DNA of 64,000 nt from a virus, in the IMG/VR virus record IMGVR_UViG_3300031957_002603, positions 67,466 through 131,465 of that record; one strand, 5' to 3'. This document shows positions 39,392-48,061 of the stretch, in pieces (the first letter of the stretch is position 1; every line of letters starts with the position of its first letter). The notes beneath the pieces were generated by a model. The model did no database searches and was not told the origin of the DNA. It was given only the letters and a program-made list of their open reading frames with translations. The position numbers and the translations under genes were made by a program.

Positions 39392-40050
39392 TGGCTGAAT
39401 TCGGTTGGGCTTATATTGAATGTTCTGGTTCAGGCGGCGGAGAAACAACCGCTGCTGGTCCAACTGGTTCTATACAGTTTTTGCACGCAGGAACTGAGAT
39501 TACCGGTTCACATGATTTAATTTTTAATACAGGTTCATCGGCCGAAACTGACGCCACTTTGCCGGAGTTAACTCTAAAAGGCACATTAACTGTTAGTGGC
39601 ACAATAAATGCTGATGAACTTAATATTAATGTGACCAATAAGACAGTCACGAATATTGACGTATCTGGATCGACAAAGTTTGGAGATACAGAAGATGATT
39701 TTCATCAATTCACCGGTAGTGTTAGCATAACCGGCGGAGTATACTTTTCTTATTACAGATTGACCGCCACCAGCCATACAGTTGGTCCAGCAGATTATAT
39801 TATTGGATATTCAGCCAGTGAAGGTACAACAATCACATTACCTGCTGCTAATACTTTTCCGGGTAGAGTCGTTGTTATCAAAGATGAATTTGATTTTAGT
39901 GGCGGTCGCCCCGAGACTCCAACAGATCAAATCGCAATTTCAAGATCTTCAAGTGATACTGTTGATCATGGAACATTCGTTGGTCTTTCTGGTGATAATG
40001 CTTCTGTGACTCTTTATTCTGATGGTGGAACTAATTGGTTTATTATCTAG
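39391..40050 (+). CDS. Fibre/decoration-like protein (paralog family A)
   Basis: AAGPTGSIQF, VSGTINA.ELNINVTNKTV, SGSTKFGDT.DD.HQFTGSV and C-terminal ITLPAA...VIKDE...LYSDG..WF, shared with the next gene. Confidence 0.6.
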   Translation: MAEFGWAYIECSGSGGGETTAAGPTGSIQFLHAGTEITGSHDLIFNTGSSAETDATLPELTLKGTLTVSGTINADELNINVTNKTVTNIDVSGSTKFGDTEDDFHQFTGSVSITGGVYFSYYRLTATSHTVGPADYIIGYSASEGTTITLPAANTFPGRVVVIKDEFDFSGGRPETPTDQIAISRSSSDTVDHGTFVGLSGDNASVTLYSDGGTNWFII

Positions 40051-40076
40051 ATAATATTTATTATGAGGAATAACTC

Positions 40077-41039
40077 ATGGCTTATAACATATTATCTGGA
40101 AATGTTGGCCCAAGCGCCTTAATATTATCAGGCGCTTTTAGTGGCGCATACGATGGTGATGGTACTGACATTATTAATGTTAGTCATGCAGAACAAACAA
40201 ACGCTGACACCGGCAGAATTCCTTATTTCTTTGGCGCTGCTCCGACATCTCAAGTCGGAGAATTTAATTTAAAGGGAAATATAAATTTCACTTTTGATCA
40301 AGGCACCGATACATTTTCAACAAGAACTGGTTCATTTACTCATCTTTCTGTGAGTGAACCACTATCAGGGAATATTGCAACAACTTCTTATTTGGGAATT
40401 GATCCTTCTGGTAGAATTGTTGTTACATCTTCAGCAGGAGGCGGCGGTGGGGGCGGCTCAGGCCAAGCAGCAGGGCCTACCGGCTCTTTACAGTTCTTAA
40501 CTGGCTCTAACTCAACAAGCGGCTCAGCAAACCTTTTGTTCTTGAGCGCTAGTAATACTCTTGTATTGACTGGGACACTTGATGTGAGCGGTACCATCAA
40601 TGCAAACGAACTAAATATTAATGTTACCAACAAAACTGTCATTAATCTGGAAGCATCTGGATCAACCAAGTTCGGAGACACAGATGACGATACTCACCAA
40701 TTTACTGGTAGTGTTTTAATAAATGGAACTATTGTTAGAGATCGCGTCTCTGTTACATCTACAACTTATTCAATAACCGCTGCAAACTATTTTATCGGCG
40801 TTCAGACAGATACAATAGCAGCAGTTACAACAATTACATTACCAGCCGCAATTACTTTACAAAACGGCCAGTCATTTGTGATAAAAGATGAAGGCGGTGC
40901 AGCCACTACTTATAATATTAAAATTACGGGCTCATCTGGCGATGATCTGATTGATAATACAGGGAGTATTTTTGTTGAATCGCCATATGGCGCCATAAAC
41001 CTATATACTAACGGAAACAATAAATTCTTCGTCTACTAG
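40077..41039 (+). CDS. Fibre/decoration-like protein (paralog family A)
   Basis: Same motifs as 39391 after a poly-Gly linker. Confidence 0.6.
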   Translation: MAYNILSGNVGPSALILSGAFSGAYDGDGTDIINVSHAEQTNADTGRIPYFFGAAPTSQVGEFNLKGNINFTFDQGTDTFSTRTGSFTHLSVSEPLSGNIATTSYLGIDPSGRIVVTSSAGGGGGGGSGQAAGPTGSLQFLTGSNSTSGSANLLFLSASNTLVLTGTLDVSGTINANELNINVTNKTVINLEASGSTKFGDTDDDTHQFTGSVLINGTIVRDRVSVTSTTYSITAANYFIGVQTDTIAAVTTITLPAAITLQNGQSFVIKDEGGAATTYNIKITGSSGDDLIDNTGSIFVESPYGAINLYTNGNNKFFVY

Positions 41040-41062
41040 CATGTCGTTTTGAACTTTGCCCC

Positions 41063-41070
41063 CCTATTTA
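41063..41070 (+). promoter_or_regulatory. Putative late promoter CCTATTTA
   Basis: Intergenic, 89 nt before ATG 41152. Confidence 0.55.
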
Positions 41071-41151
41071 TTATAGCGCCAGTAATGTCCGTTAGATCCC
41101 GTGTCCATCGGTATTACACGCCATGGCGCGCTTTTATGGAGGATATAAATT

Positions 41152-42963
41152 ATGGCTTATAAATTTCAAGTGGGTCCAGCGCAACTTTCGGGTGCGTTGA
41201 CTCAAGAAGGTGCTGGTACCTTCGAAGGTGCAGTTGTAGGTGAAACTACAATTTCTGCTTCTGCACGTCTCTCAGGTCATGACCTTATTATTCAAGAAGG
41301 TAATAATATTGGTACTTCTCTTGATTCTGACCTTATGACTCTTTCTAATGGCCAACTTGCTGTTGCTGGTGATATGTCTGCTTCTGCTGACATTAAAGGT
41401 ATGGCTCTAGATCTTGAAGCAGGTATTGATGCTGGTGTTGGTAACTTTACTGTTTCTGCTGCTGGTGCTGTTGCTGCTGCAAGCACTCTTTCATCATCTC
41501 TAGTGGATTTCGGTGTAAAAGCCGCTGGTGCTGGTACCATCCGTGCTGACTTTGTCCCTGATTTAGACAGTGCTTTTGGTTTGGGTACTTCTGGTGATCG
41601 CTGGAGATATGTTTATGCTGATGAACTTGTTGGTGATAGTGTTAATGTTTCTGAACTTTCTGGTGCTTTGGAATATAATCTAGATGTTCACCCAACTGGT
41701 GGTCTTGAAATCACTGATATTTATGATAATACAGTAGATTCTTTAATTGGTATTAAAAATCATAACGCTTTCACTGATGATAGAATCATGGTTTGGGATG
41801 CTGGTGCTGATCAATTCGAAAATTCACTTCTTCAAGATGATGGTTCTGAAATTCAACAGGTTTCTGGTGATTTCAAAGTAATGGTCGGTAACCTTTCTGC
41901 TTCTGCTGCCATTCAGGGTCTTAATCTAGATCTAGATGCTGGTATTGATGCTGGTGCTGGTAATTTCACCGTCTCAACTGCTGGTGCTGTTACTGCTGCG
42001 AGTACTCTCTCGGCTTCTCTTGTAGATTTCGGTGTAAAAGCCGCAAGTGCCGGTACTATTCGTGGTAATTGGGTTCCTGATTCAGACAGTGCTTATGCTT
42101 TGGGTACAAATTCTGATCGTTGGAGATACATGTATGCTGATGAAATGATTGGTGATAAAATCAGCGTTTCTGAACTTTCTGGTGCTCTCGAGTACAACTT
42201 AGATATCCAGAGCGATGGTGGTCTTGCTATCAGCGCTGTTTATGATAATACAGCCGATGTTACAATCGCTATGAAGAACGTTGCTAACTTCTCTGACAAC
42301 GCAATTCAGGTTTGGGACGAATCAAACAATCAATTTGAAGATTCTATCATGACCGATGATGGTTCACTTATCATTGTTGCTGGTAATCTTTCTGCTTCTG
42401 GTCAGTTGGATATTGATGGCCCTTCTAACCTTGACGGTGCTGCTACTCTTGGTTCTACTCTTGATGTTGCTGGTATTCTTTCTGCTTCTTCTGATGCTGA
42501 ATTTGCTACTAACGTTAGTGTACTTGGCGATGCTAACTTCGAAGGCAATGTTTACCTAGGTGCTGGTGGTAACGATGTTATTTATCTTGACACAGGCCTT
42601 GAGTTCTCTGGTTCTGTTATTCCAGAAACCGATAGTGCTTTTGATCTTGGTTCTGACGCTAAGCGTTGGTCTACAATTTATGTTGATAACATTGTTGGCG
42701 CTGACCTTGCTCTTGATGTTTTCACCGGTACTTCTTATGCTGCGGGTACTGATGTACTTTTGGCTAACGGTAACGCTACATTGCGTGACATTGCTAGCAA
42801 TGGTCAGACAATCAGAGTTAAGAATATTTCTGGTGGATTAATCACTGTTGATTGTGATGGATCTGATACATTCTTTGATACTGGTACAACCCAAATTGAA
42901 CTTGAAACAGACGGTGCTGCTGTTACTTTGATCTCTTCTGGTTCTTCTTGGTACATCATCTAA
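41152..42963 (+). CDS. Fibre-like protein with 173-aa internal tandem duplication, likely highly expressed
   Basis: P..DSA..LG....RW fibre motif occurs three times; strong T-ending codon bias as in the capsid gene; GGAGG RBS. Confidence 0.65.
   Translation: MAYKFQVGPAQLSGALTQEGAGTFEGAVVGETTISASARLSGHDLIIQEGNNIGTSLDSDLMTLSNGQLAVAGDMSASADIKGMALDLEAGIDAGVGNFTVSAAGAVAAASTLSSSLVDFGVKAAGAGTIRADFVPDLDSAFGLGTSGDRWRYVYADELVGDSVNVSELSGALEYNLDVHPTGGLEITDIYDNTVDSLIGIKNHNAFTDDRIMVWDAGADQFENSLLQDDGSEIQQVSGDFKVMVGNLSASAAIQGLNLDLDAGIDAGAGNFTVSTAGAVTAASTLSASLVDFGVKAASAGTIRGNWVPDSDSAYALGTNSDRWRYMYADEMIGDKISVSELSGALEYNLDIQSDGGLAISAVYDNTADVTIAMKNVANFSDNAIQVWDESNNQFEDSIMTDDGSLIIVAGNLSASGQLDIDGPSNLDGAATLGSTLDVAGILSASSDAEFATNVSVLGDANFEGNVYLGAGGNDVIYLDTGLEFSGSVIPETDSAFDLGSDAKRWSTIYVDNIVGADLALDVFTGTSYAAGTDVLLANGNATLRDIASNGQTIRVKNISGGLITVDCDGSDTFFDTGTTQIELETDGAAVTLISSGSSWYII
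41365..42395 (+). repeat. Diverged tandem duplication, period 519 nt
   Basis: GATCGCTGGAGATA at 41596 vs GATCGTTGGAGATA at 42115; SLVDFGVKAA and VSELSGALEYNLD each occur twice. Boundaries approximate. Confidence 0.85.
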
Positions 42964-42997
42964 TCTTCGGATTGGATTTTTGTCCTACTCATTCTGT

Positions 42998-43027
42998 GGA
43001 GGTTGCCTTCGGGCAACCTCCCTTTTT
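42998..43027 (+). terminator. Intrinsic terminator
   Basis: GGAGGTTGCC-TTCG-GGCAACCTCC followed by CTTTTT. Confidence 0.9.
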
Positions 43028-43038
43028 ATTATCAAATA

Positions 43039-43046
43039 CCTAATTA
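43039..43046 (+). promoter_or_regulatory. Putative late promoter CCTAATTA
   Basis: Between a terminator and ATG 43080. Confidence 0.55.
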
Positions 43047-43079
43047 TGGATAGCACGAGACAATAATTGAGGTTACATA

Positions 43080-44648
43080 ATGTCATATAATATTTTAAAA
43101 AGCAAAGTCAATTTTGTTGGAGACGATACACCAGAAATTGAAGGGATGGTTGATACATCTTCAGATCAGACAATCAACGGCCAAAAGACATTCACAGATC
43201 TATCAGCAAGTTCAATTTCGGTCGCTAGTGTTGTTTCTCACACTGGTGATAGTGATACTAGAATATCATTTCAAACAGATAGAATTCAGTTTTTTGGTGA
43301 AGATGTAGAGTTATTCACCATTTATGGAAACCTTAGTCCTGATCGTGTGCAAGTTCAGACAGGCAACCTTACACTTCCGAATGGAAATATAGGGATCGGA
43401 GTTTCTGTGCCGACTTTTGAACTTGAAGTCGACGGCGATATATCCGGCTCTGGAACATTTCACAATGTTGGAAGCGCTTCATTTGGCAATGACCTAAGCG
43501 TCACAGGCACAATATATGGTGACGGATCTGGTATAACAGGCGTTACTGCTGACAGTATTTTGGCTGCAAACCTTATAGGACAAATATCCGGATCTCAAAT
43601 ATCTGCATCGACCGGTTTGACCACCGATGGCAATAACCTCGCAGTAGATCTTAAATCACAAGGAGCACTCGCAGACGATTCCGGATTAAAAGTTGATATT
43701 GGAAATAGCCCAAACCAAGGAAGTTTCAATAATAGCCATTACATCCTTGTTTCCGGTAGTACAATAAAAAATAGAAATCTACAATTATCTGTGCTAGAGA
43801 GTGGTCTTGATTTGGCCGCAACTCAAATCTCTTCCGGAAAACTAGACAATGACAGAATGCCCAATAATATTAGCGTATCTCAATTGAGCGCAAGTACAAC
43901 AATATCAGGTGCATATTTTGAAGGTGATGGCTCGGGATTAACAGGCGTAACAGGCAACCCAACACCCGGAGGAGCAAATACGGAGATTCAATTTAACGAT
44001 GATGATTCTTTAACAGGGTCTCCGGACTTAACATTTTTTACAGGATCTCAAACATTAGCAACAACAAATATATCTGCTTCTTCGAATATCTCTGGTTCAT
44101 CTTTGTATCTACAAGAAGAGATTATAGTCGGAGGGCAGACGTTTTTAGATATTCAGGGTGATGTTGTTGGAAACAATGCTTCTTTTGTAGAAATCACTGC
44201 TTCAAGCACTATCCATGGATATGGAGATATTTATGCCGAGAACTTCCGAGGAAACGGAAATACATTGAATAATGTTCCTTTAGGAACATATGCAAATAGT
44301 AATATTGTATTTTGTGATAATACCGCAGACACAATTACAAGTAATGGAAGTTTAAGATGGACCGGTACGCAACTGGTCACTCTTGGTGTTTCTGCATCTG
44401 TTAATATTTCAGGTTCGGGACTTTATTTTGATGACTCGCTAAACCTAGGAGGCCAGCCGGTCATAAATGCAAATGGAGACACCAACTTCGGGCAACTCAC
44501 TTTTTTTGTTGCCTCTAGTGGTTCGACTAATTTTCCAACCGATAATAGTAGGGCAACTTTCTATGTTGATGAGGCCGCAAATAAATTCTTTGTTTTTGTA
44601 AAATATTCTGATGGAACCGAGAAATCTGGCTCTATCGACCTTGAGTAA
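43080..44648 (+). CDS. Fibre-like protein
   Basis: QTINGQKTF, GNIGIGV..P...LEVDG, F.GDGSGLTGV and PGGANTEIQFND fibre motifs; N-terminus MSYNIL resembles 40077. Confidence 0.65.
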   Translation: MSYNILKSKVNFVGDDTPEIEGMVDTSSDQTINGQKTFTDLSASSISVASVVSHTGDSDTRISFQTDRIQFFGEDVELFTIYGNLSPDRVQVQTGNLTLPNGNIGIGVSVPTFELEVDGDISGSGTFHNVGSASFGNDLSVTGTIYGDGSGITGVTADSILAANLIGQISGSQISASTGLTTDGNNLAVDLKSQGALADDSGLKVDIGNSPNQGSFNNSHYILVSGSTIKNRNLQLSVLESGLDLAATQISSGKLDNDRMPNNISVSQLSASTTISGAYFEGDGSGLTGVTGNPTPGGANTEIQFNDDDSLTGSPDLTFFTGSQTLATTNISASSNISGSSLYLQEEIIVGGQTFLDIQGDVVGNNASFVEITASSTIHGYGDIYAENFRGNGNTLNNVPLGTYANSNIVFCDNTADTITSNGSLRWTGTQLVTLGVSASVNISGSGLYFDDSLNLGGQPVINANGDTNFGQLTFFVASSGSTNFPTDNSRATFYVDEAANKFFVFVKYSDGTEKSGSIDLE

Positions 44649-44677
44649 AATACAATCTTCCTTTTCCCATCATAAAC

Positions 44678-44685
44678 ACTATTTA
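44678..44685 (+). promoter_or_regulatory. Putative late promoter ACTATTTA (scaffold-capsid operon)
   Basis: 39 nt before ATG 44717. Confidence 0.65.
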
Positions 44686-44716
44686 CTTGTGATATAGTAT
44701 TTCTAGGAGAAATTGA

Positions 44717-45895
44717 ATGTCTTCAATGTTAGAACAAGCAATTGTTGATGCAACCGCACTTCGTGAGGCGGCACTTAAGAATGCCGAGCAGGCAATTATT
44801 GAAAAGTATGCACCTCAAATCAAAGAGGCGGTTGAGTCATTGCTTGAAGGCAATGATTCTCAAATTGGTGTTGGTTCATATGTTCGCCATATGGGCTCAA
44901 ATCAAATTGGAAAAGTTCATCAAATCGATGAGGACGGAGTTCAAATTGAAGGCCGTGATGGCAAAGTATTTCTTGCTGAGATGGATGAACTTGAAGAAGC
45001 CGATATGCTTCACGAAGAAGAAATGGCAATGGGCGCTGTTGCGACATCTGCAACTCCATCTGCTCCGATTGCTTCTGCTCCTCAAAATATTGTGGATCCA
45101 CACTCTCAAGCCGAACTATCAATGGAATTCGAATTTGATCCTTCCGATTTTGAAATCGACCTTGATACTGTAAAGGCTGCTGCTGAAGCGGATCCTACAT
45201 CTGCTGGTGAAGAACCAATGGCAACCGACGATCTTCTTGGAGACCTTGGTGGAGATGAAGGCGAAGATGACCTTCTTGGTGACCTCGGCGGAGAAGATGA
45301 AGAATTAACACTTCAAGAGATGATTGACATGGTCTCTGATATTCTTGAAGAAGATAAAGAAGAAATTAATGAAGAACTCGTTGTTGATGTTTCTGAACAA
45401 AAGCACGGTCATATTGTGACCGACGAAGGAACCCTTAGATACGACGAAGAACTCCGTAAAGCAAACGAAGAGTGCGACATGTACAAAGAGAAGTACGGAG
45501 AACTTGAAGAATCTTTCAAGAAAGCAAACGAAGATTCACATAAACTTTTAGAAGTTGTAGAACAACTTAAAATCAAACTTGATGAAGCATTAGTTTCTAA
45601 TGCTCGTCTTGTTTACTCAAATAAAACTTTGAGCGATGCCTCCCTGAATGAGCGACAAAAATCTAAAATTGTTGAAGCCATCGCTAAGGCAACATCTGCT
45701 GAAGAAGCAAAGACTCTCCACGAGACTCTAACTGCTACAGTGGGATCCTCTGCAAAGAGCGGTCCACAATCACTGAGCGAGTCTGTGAATAGAAGATCCA
45801 ATCTTTCAGCAATTATGCCTAGGCGCAAAGAAAACGTGGTTACCGAGTCCATGTCTTTCGCTGACAGAATGAAAAAACTCGCTGGCATTGATTAA
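44717..45895 (+). CDS. Prohead core scaffold protein (T4 gp22-like by position)
   Basis: Acidic coiled coil with many (L/I)xE sites, C-terminal RMKKLAGI, immediately upstream of the major capsid gene. Confidence 0.75.
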   Translation: MSSMLEQAIVDATALREAALKNAEQAIIEKYAPQIKEAVESLLEGNDSQIGVGSYVRHMGSNQIGKVHQIDEDGVQIEGRDGKVFLAEMDELEEADMLHEEEMAMGAVATSATPSAPIASAPQNIVDPHSQAELSMEFEFDPSDFEIDLDTVKAAAEADPTSAGEEPMATDDLLGDLGGDEGEDDLLGDLGGEDEELTLQEMIDMVSDILEEDKEEINEELVVDVSEQKHGHIVTDEGTLRYDEELRKANEECDMYKEKYGELEESFKKANEDSHKLLEVVEQLKIKLDEALVSNARLVYSNKTLSDASLNERQKSKIVEAIAKATSAEEAKTLHETLTATVGSSAKSGPQSLSESVNRRSNLSAIMPRRKENVVTESMSFADRMKKLAGID

Positions 45896-45916
45896 TCATT
45901 TATGGAGGTATTAAAA

Positions 45917-47701
45917 ATGTCTATTGTTCAAACCCTTACAGAAGGTATTGTCCAACGCGATATGCAAAAGGAAGGACAAGCCCTCTTAAACAAGTGGGGT
46001 CAAACCGGTCTTCTTGAAGGTCTTTCAAACGATCATCAAAGAAGCAACATGGCCCGTCTTCTTGAAAACCAAGCAAAGGAACTTCTTCGCGAATCGTCTG
46101 CAATGGCAAGCGGTGATGTTGAAGGTTTCGCTGCTGTGGCTTTCCCAATTGTTCGTCGTGTATTCGCCGGACTTATCGCTAACGATCTTGTTAGTGTTCA
46201 GCCTATGAGCCTTCCATCTGGACTCATCTTCTTCATGGACTTTAAGTTCTCTGACAACAGCCCTGCTGGTGTTGCGGATCGTCTTGGATATGAAACTGGT
46301 GATTCTCTCTATGGTGGCGGTAGATTGGCTTCTCAAATCACCGGTGGTGTGGACCTTTCTCGTGTTCGCGATCTTGGTGGTGGTCCTCGTGGACTTAATA
46401 GTGGTTACGCTTCTGCTACTGGTTCTGCTACTGTTGCTCTTGCATCACTTGTTCTTGTAGCATCTGGTACTGCTGGTGTTGCCGCTGGAGAAGGTTCTAA
46501 CCCACTTTCTGCTGCTGATCAAGCAACTCTTGATTCTTTGACTCAATATGATGCTGATCTTGCTGGTCGTCCAGTTGCTGTTATTGAGTTTACTGGCTCT
46601 ACCGCATTGGCTCAATTTGTGGTTGACAATGTTACCGCAATCTCATCTTCTGGTGGTCCTGCTGGTGTTCATATTCGTCGTTGTACTAGAATTGGTTCTG
46701 GTTCTATTACTCAAGATCCGTCAAATGCTGGTTACCGTTTCACAATGGTATATGCTGCTCCTACTGATAGCGCCGCATTAGATGATGGTACTGCTGCATC
46801 ATTGCTCTTTGGTCTAACCGCTTCTACTGGTCAAAGCATCTCTTTCCCAATTGATGACGACCTCGTTGCTGGTAATGGTCTTGGATCTATCAAGGGTGAT
46901 GACCTTTGGGATCTCGAGAACAACGAAAGAATTCCAGAAATCGACATCAAAGTTGATTCTGTAGCGATCACCGCAGAAACCAAGAAGTTGAAAGCAAAGT
47001 GGACCCCAGAATTGGGACAAGACCTCAATGCTTATCATAACTTGGATGCTGAGGTTGAATTGACTTCTATTCTTTCAGAGCAAATTGCACTTGAACTTGA
47101 TCGTGAGATCATGACCGACCTTATCGTTGGTGCAACTGCTGGTACTTATTACTGGTCTCGTTCACCGGGTCTTTTCGTAAATCGTGAGACTGGTGCTGAA
47201 GTTGGTGCTTCTGCGAAGGCTCCTGACTTCACCGGTACTGTGTCTGAATGGTATGAGACTCTCATTGAAACCATCAATGATGTTTCGGCTCAAATCCATA
47301 GAAAGACACTTCGAGGTGGTGCTAACTTCGTTGTTTGCGGTCCTGAGATTGCTAACATCCTTGAGTTCACCTCTGGCTTCCGTGCAAACGTTACTGCTGA
47401 TGCCGACAAAGGCGACATCGGTGCTGTTAACGTTGGTTCACTTAGCCGTAAGTTTGACGTTATTGTGGATCCTTACTTCCCACGTACCGTTGTTCTTGTT
47501 GGTCGCAAAGGAAACTCTTTCCTTGAAAGTGGTTACGTATATGCTCCATACGTTCCGTTGCAAACCACACCTACCATCTTCGGGCCAGAGGACTTCGTTC
47601 CTCGTAAGGGTGTAATGACTCGTTACGCTAAGAAGATGGTCCGTCCTGATATGTACGGTCTCGTTATCGTTCGAGGACTTCTTGGTGAGTCTGGAGCCTA
47701 G
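45917..47701 (+). CDS. gp23: Major capsid protein (T4 gp23-like)
   Basis: LLENQ, PIVRR, VSVQPM..PSGLIF, KLKAKWTPELGQDL, YAPYVPL, PRKGVMTRY. ATG 45917 with GGAGG RBS. Confidence 0.96.
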   Translation: MSIVQTLTEGIVQRDMQKEGQALLNKWGQTGLLEGLSNDHQRSNMARLLENQAKELLRESSAMASGDVEGFAAVAFPIVRRVFAGLIANDLVSVQPMSLPSGLIFFMDFKFSDNSPAGVADRLGYETGDSLYGGGRLASQITGGVDLSRVRDLGGGPRGLNSGYASATGSATVALASLVLVASGTAGVAAGEGSNPLSAADQATLDSLTQYDADLAGRPVAVIEFTGSTALAQFVVDNVTAISSSGGPAGVHIRRCTRIGSGSITQDPSNAGYRFTMVYAAPTDSAALDDGTAASLLFGLTASTGQSISFPIDDDLVAGNGLGSIKGDDLWDLENNERIPEIDIKVDSVAITAETKKLKAKWTPELGQDLNAYHNLDAEVELTSILSEQIALELDREIMTDLIVGATAGTYYWSRSPGLFVNRETGAEVGASAKAPDFTGTVSEWYETLIETINDVSAQIHRKTLRGGANFVVCGPEIANILEFTSGFRANVTADADKGDIGAVNVGSLSRKFDVIVDPYFPRTVVLVGRKGNSFLESGYVYAPYVPLQTTPTIFGPEDFVPRKGVMTRYAKKMVRPDMYGLVIVRGLLGESGA

Positions 47702-47730
47702 TTTTTAAACTAGTGTTCTCTCACTACCCA

Positions 47731-47764
47731 GCCCCTCGGTCTTCGGATCGGGGGGTTTTTCTTT
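47731..47764 (+). terminator. Intrinsic terminator after capsid gene
   Basis: GCCCCTCGGTC-TTCG-GATCGGGGGGT (G-U pairs) followed by a T tract. Confidence 0.85.
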
Positions 47765-47771
47765 GTTTTTA

Positions 47772-47779
47772 ACTATTTA
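47772..47779 (+). promoter_or_regulatory. Putative late promoter ACTATTTA
   Basis: Immediately after the capsid terminator, 31 nt before ATG 47803. Confidence 0.65.
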
Positions 47780-47802
47780 TTGTATAATTTAGGAGTTATA
47801 AA

Positions 47803-48009
47803 ATGGGTAAGTCTTTTAAAAGATACAAACTTAGAAAAAAACTAGAAGCACAAAATCAGCCTGAAGTAGCGGTTGAACCTGTTGTCGAAGCACCACCTGA
47901 GCCTGAGCCAGCCCCAGAGCCAGTTGTTGAGAAAGTGGTAGAAGAACCCAAAGCAGAAAAGCCCAAAAGAACAAGAAGAAAGAAAACAACTAAAGCCGCT
48001 GATAAGTAA
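47803..48009 (+). CDS. Small basic/Pro-Glu-rich late protein
   Basis: AGGAG RBS, ACTATTTA upstream; basic termini flank EPEP repeats. Confidence 0.65.
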   Translation: MGKSFKRYKLRKKLEAQNQPEVAVEPVVEAPPEPEPAPEPVVEKVVEEPKAEKPKRTRRKKTTKAADK

Positions 48010-48032
48010 AAGGGAAACAACACCCTCTTTTA

Positions 48033-48040
48033 ACTATTTA
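48033..48040 (+). promoter_or_regulatory. Putative late promoter ACTATTTA
   Basis: 29 nt before ATG 48062. Confidence 0.65.
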
Positions 48041-48061
48041 CTATGATCGGAGGGTTCATGC

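Noticed and set aside
41365-42395. Template/variable repeat pair of a diversity-generating retroelement
   Set aside because: Both copies are in-frame coding, differences are not restricted to adenines, and no reverse transcriptase is in the window.
48010-48031. AGGG...CCCT hairpin after the 47803 ORF
   Set aside because: The 4-bp stem is too weak to call a terminator.
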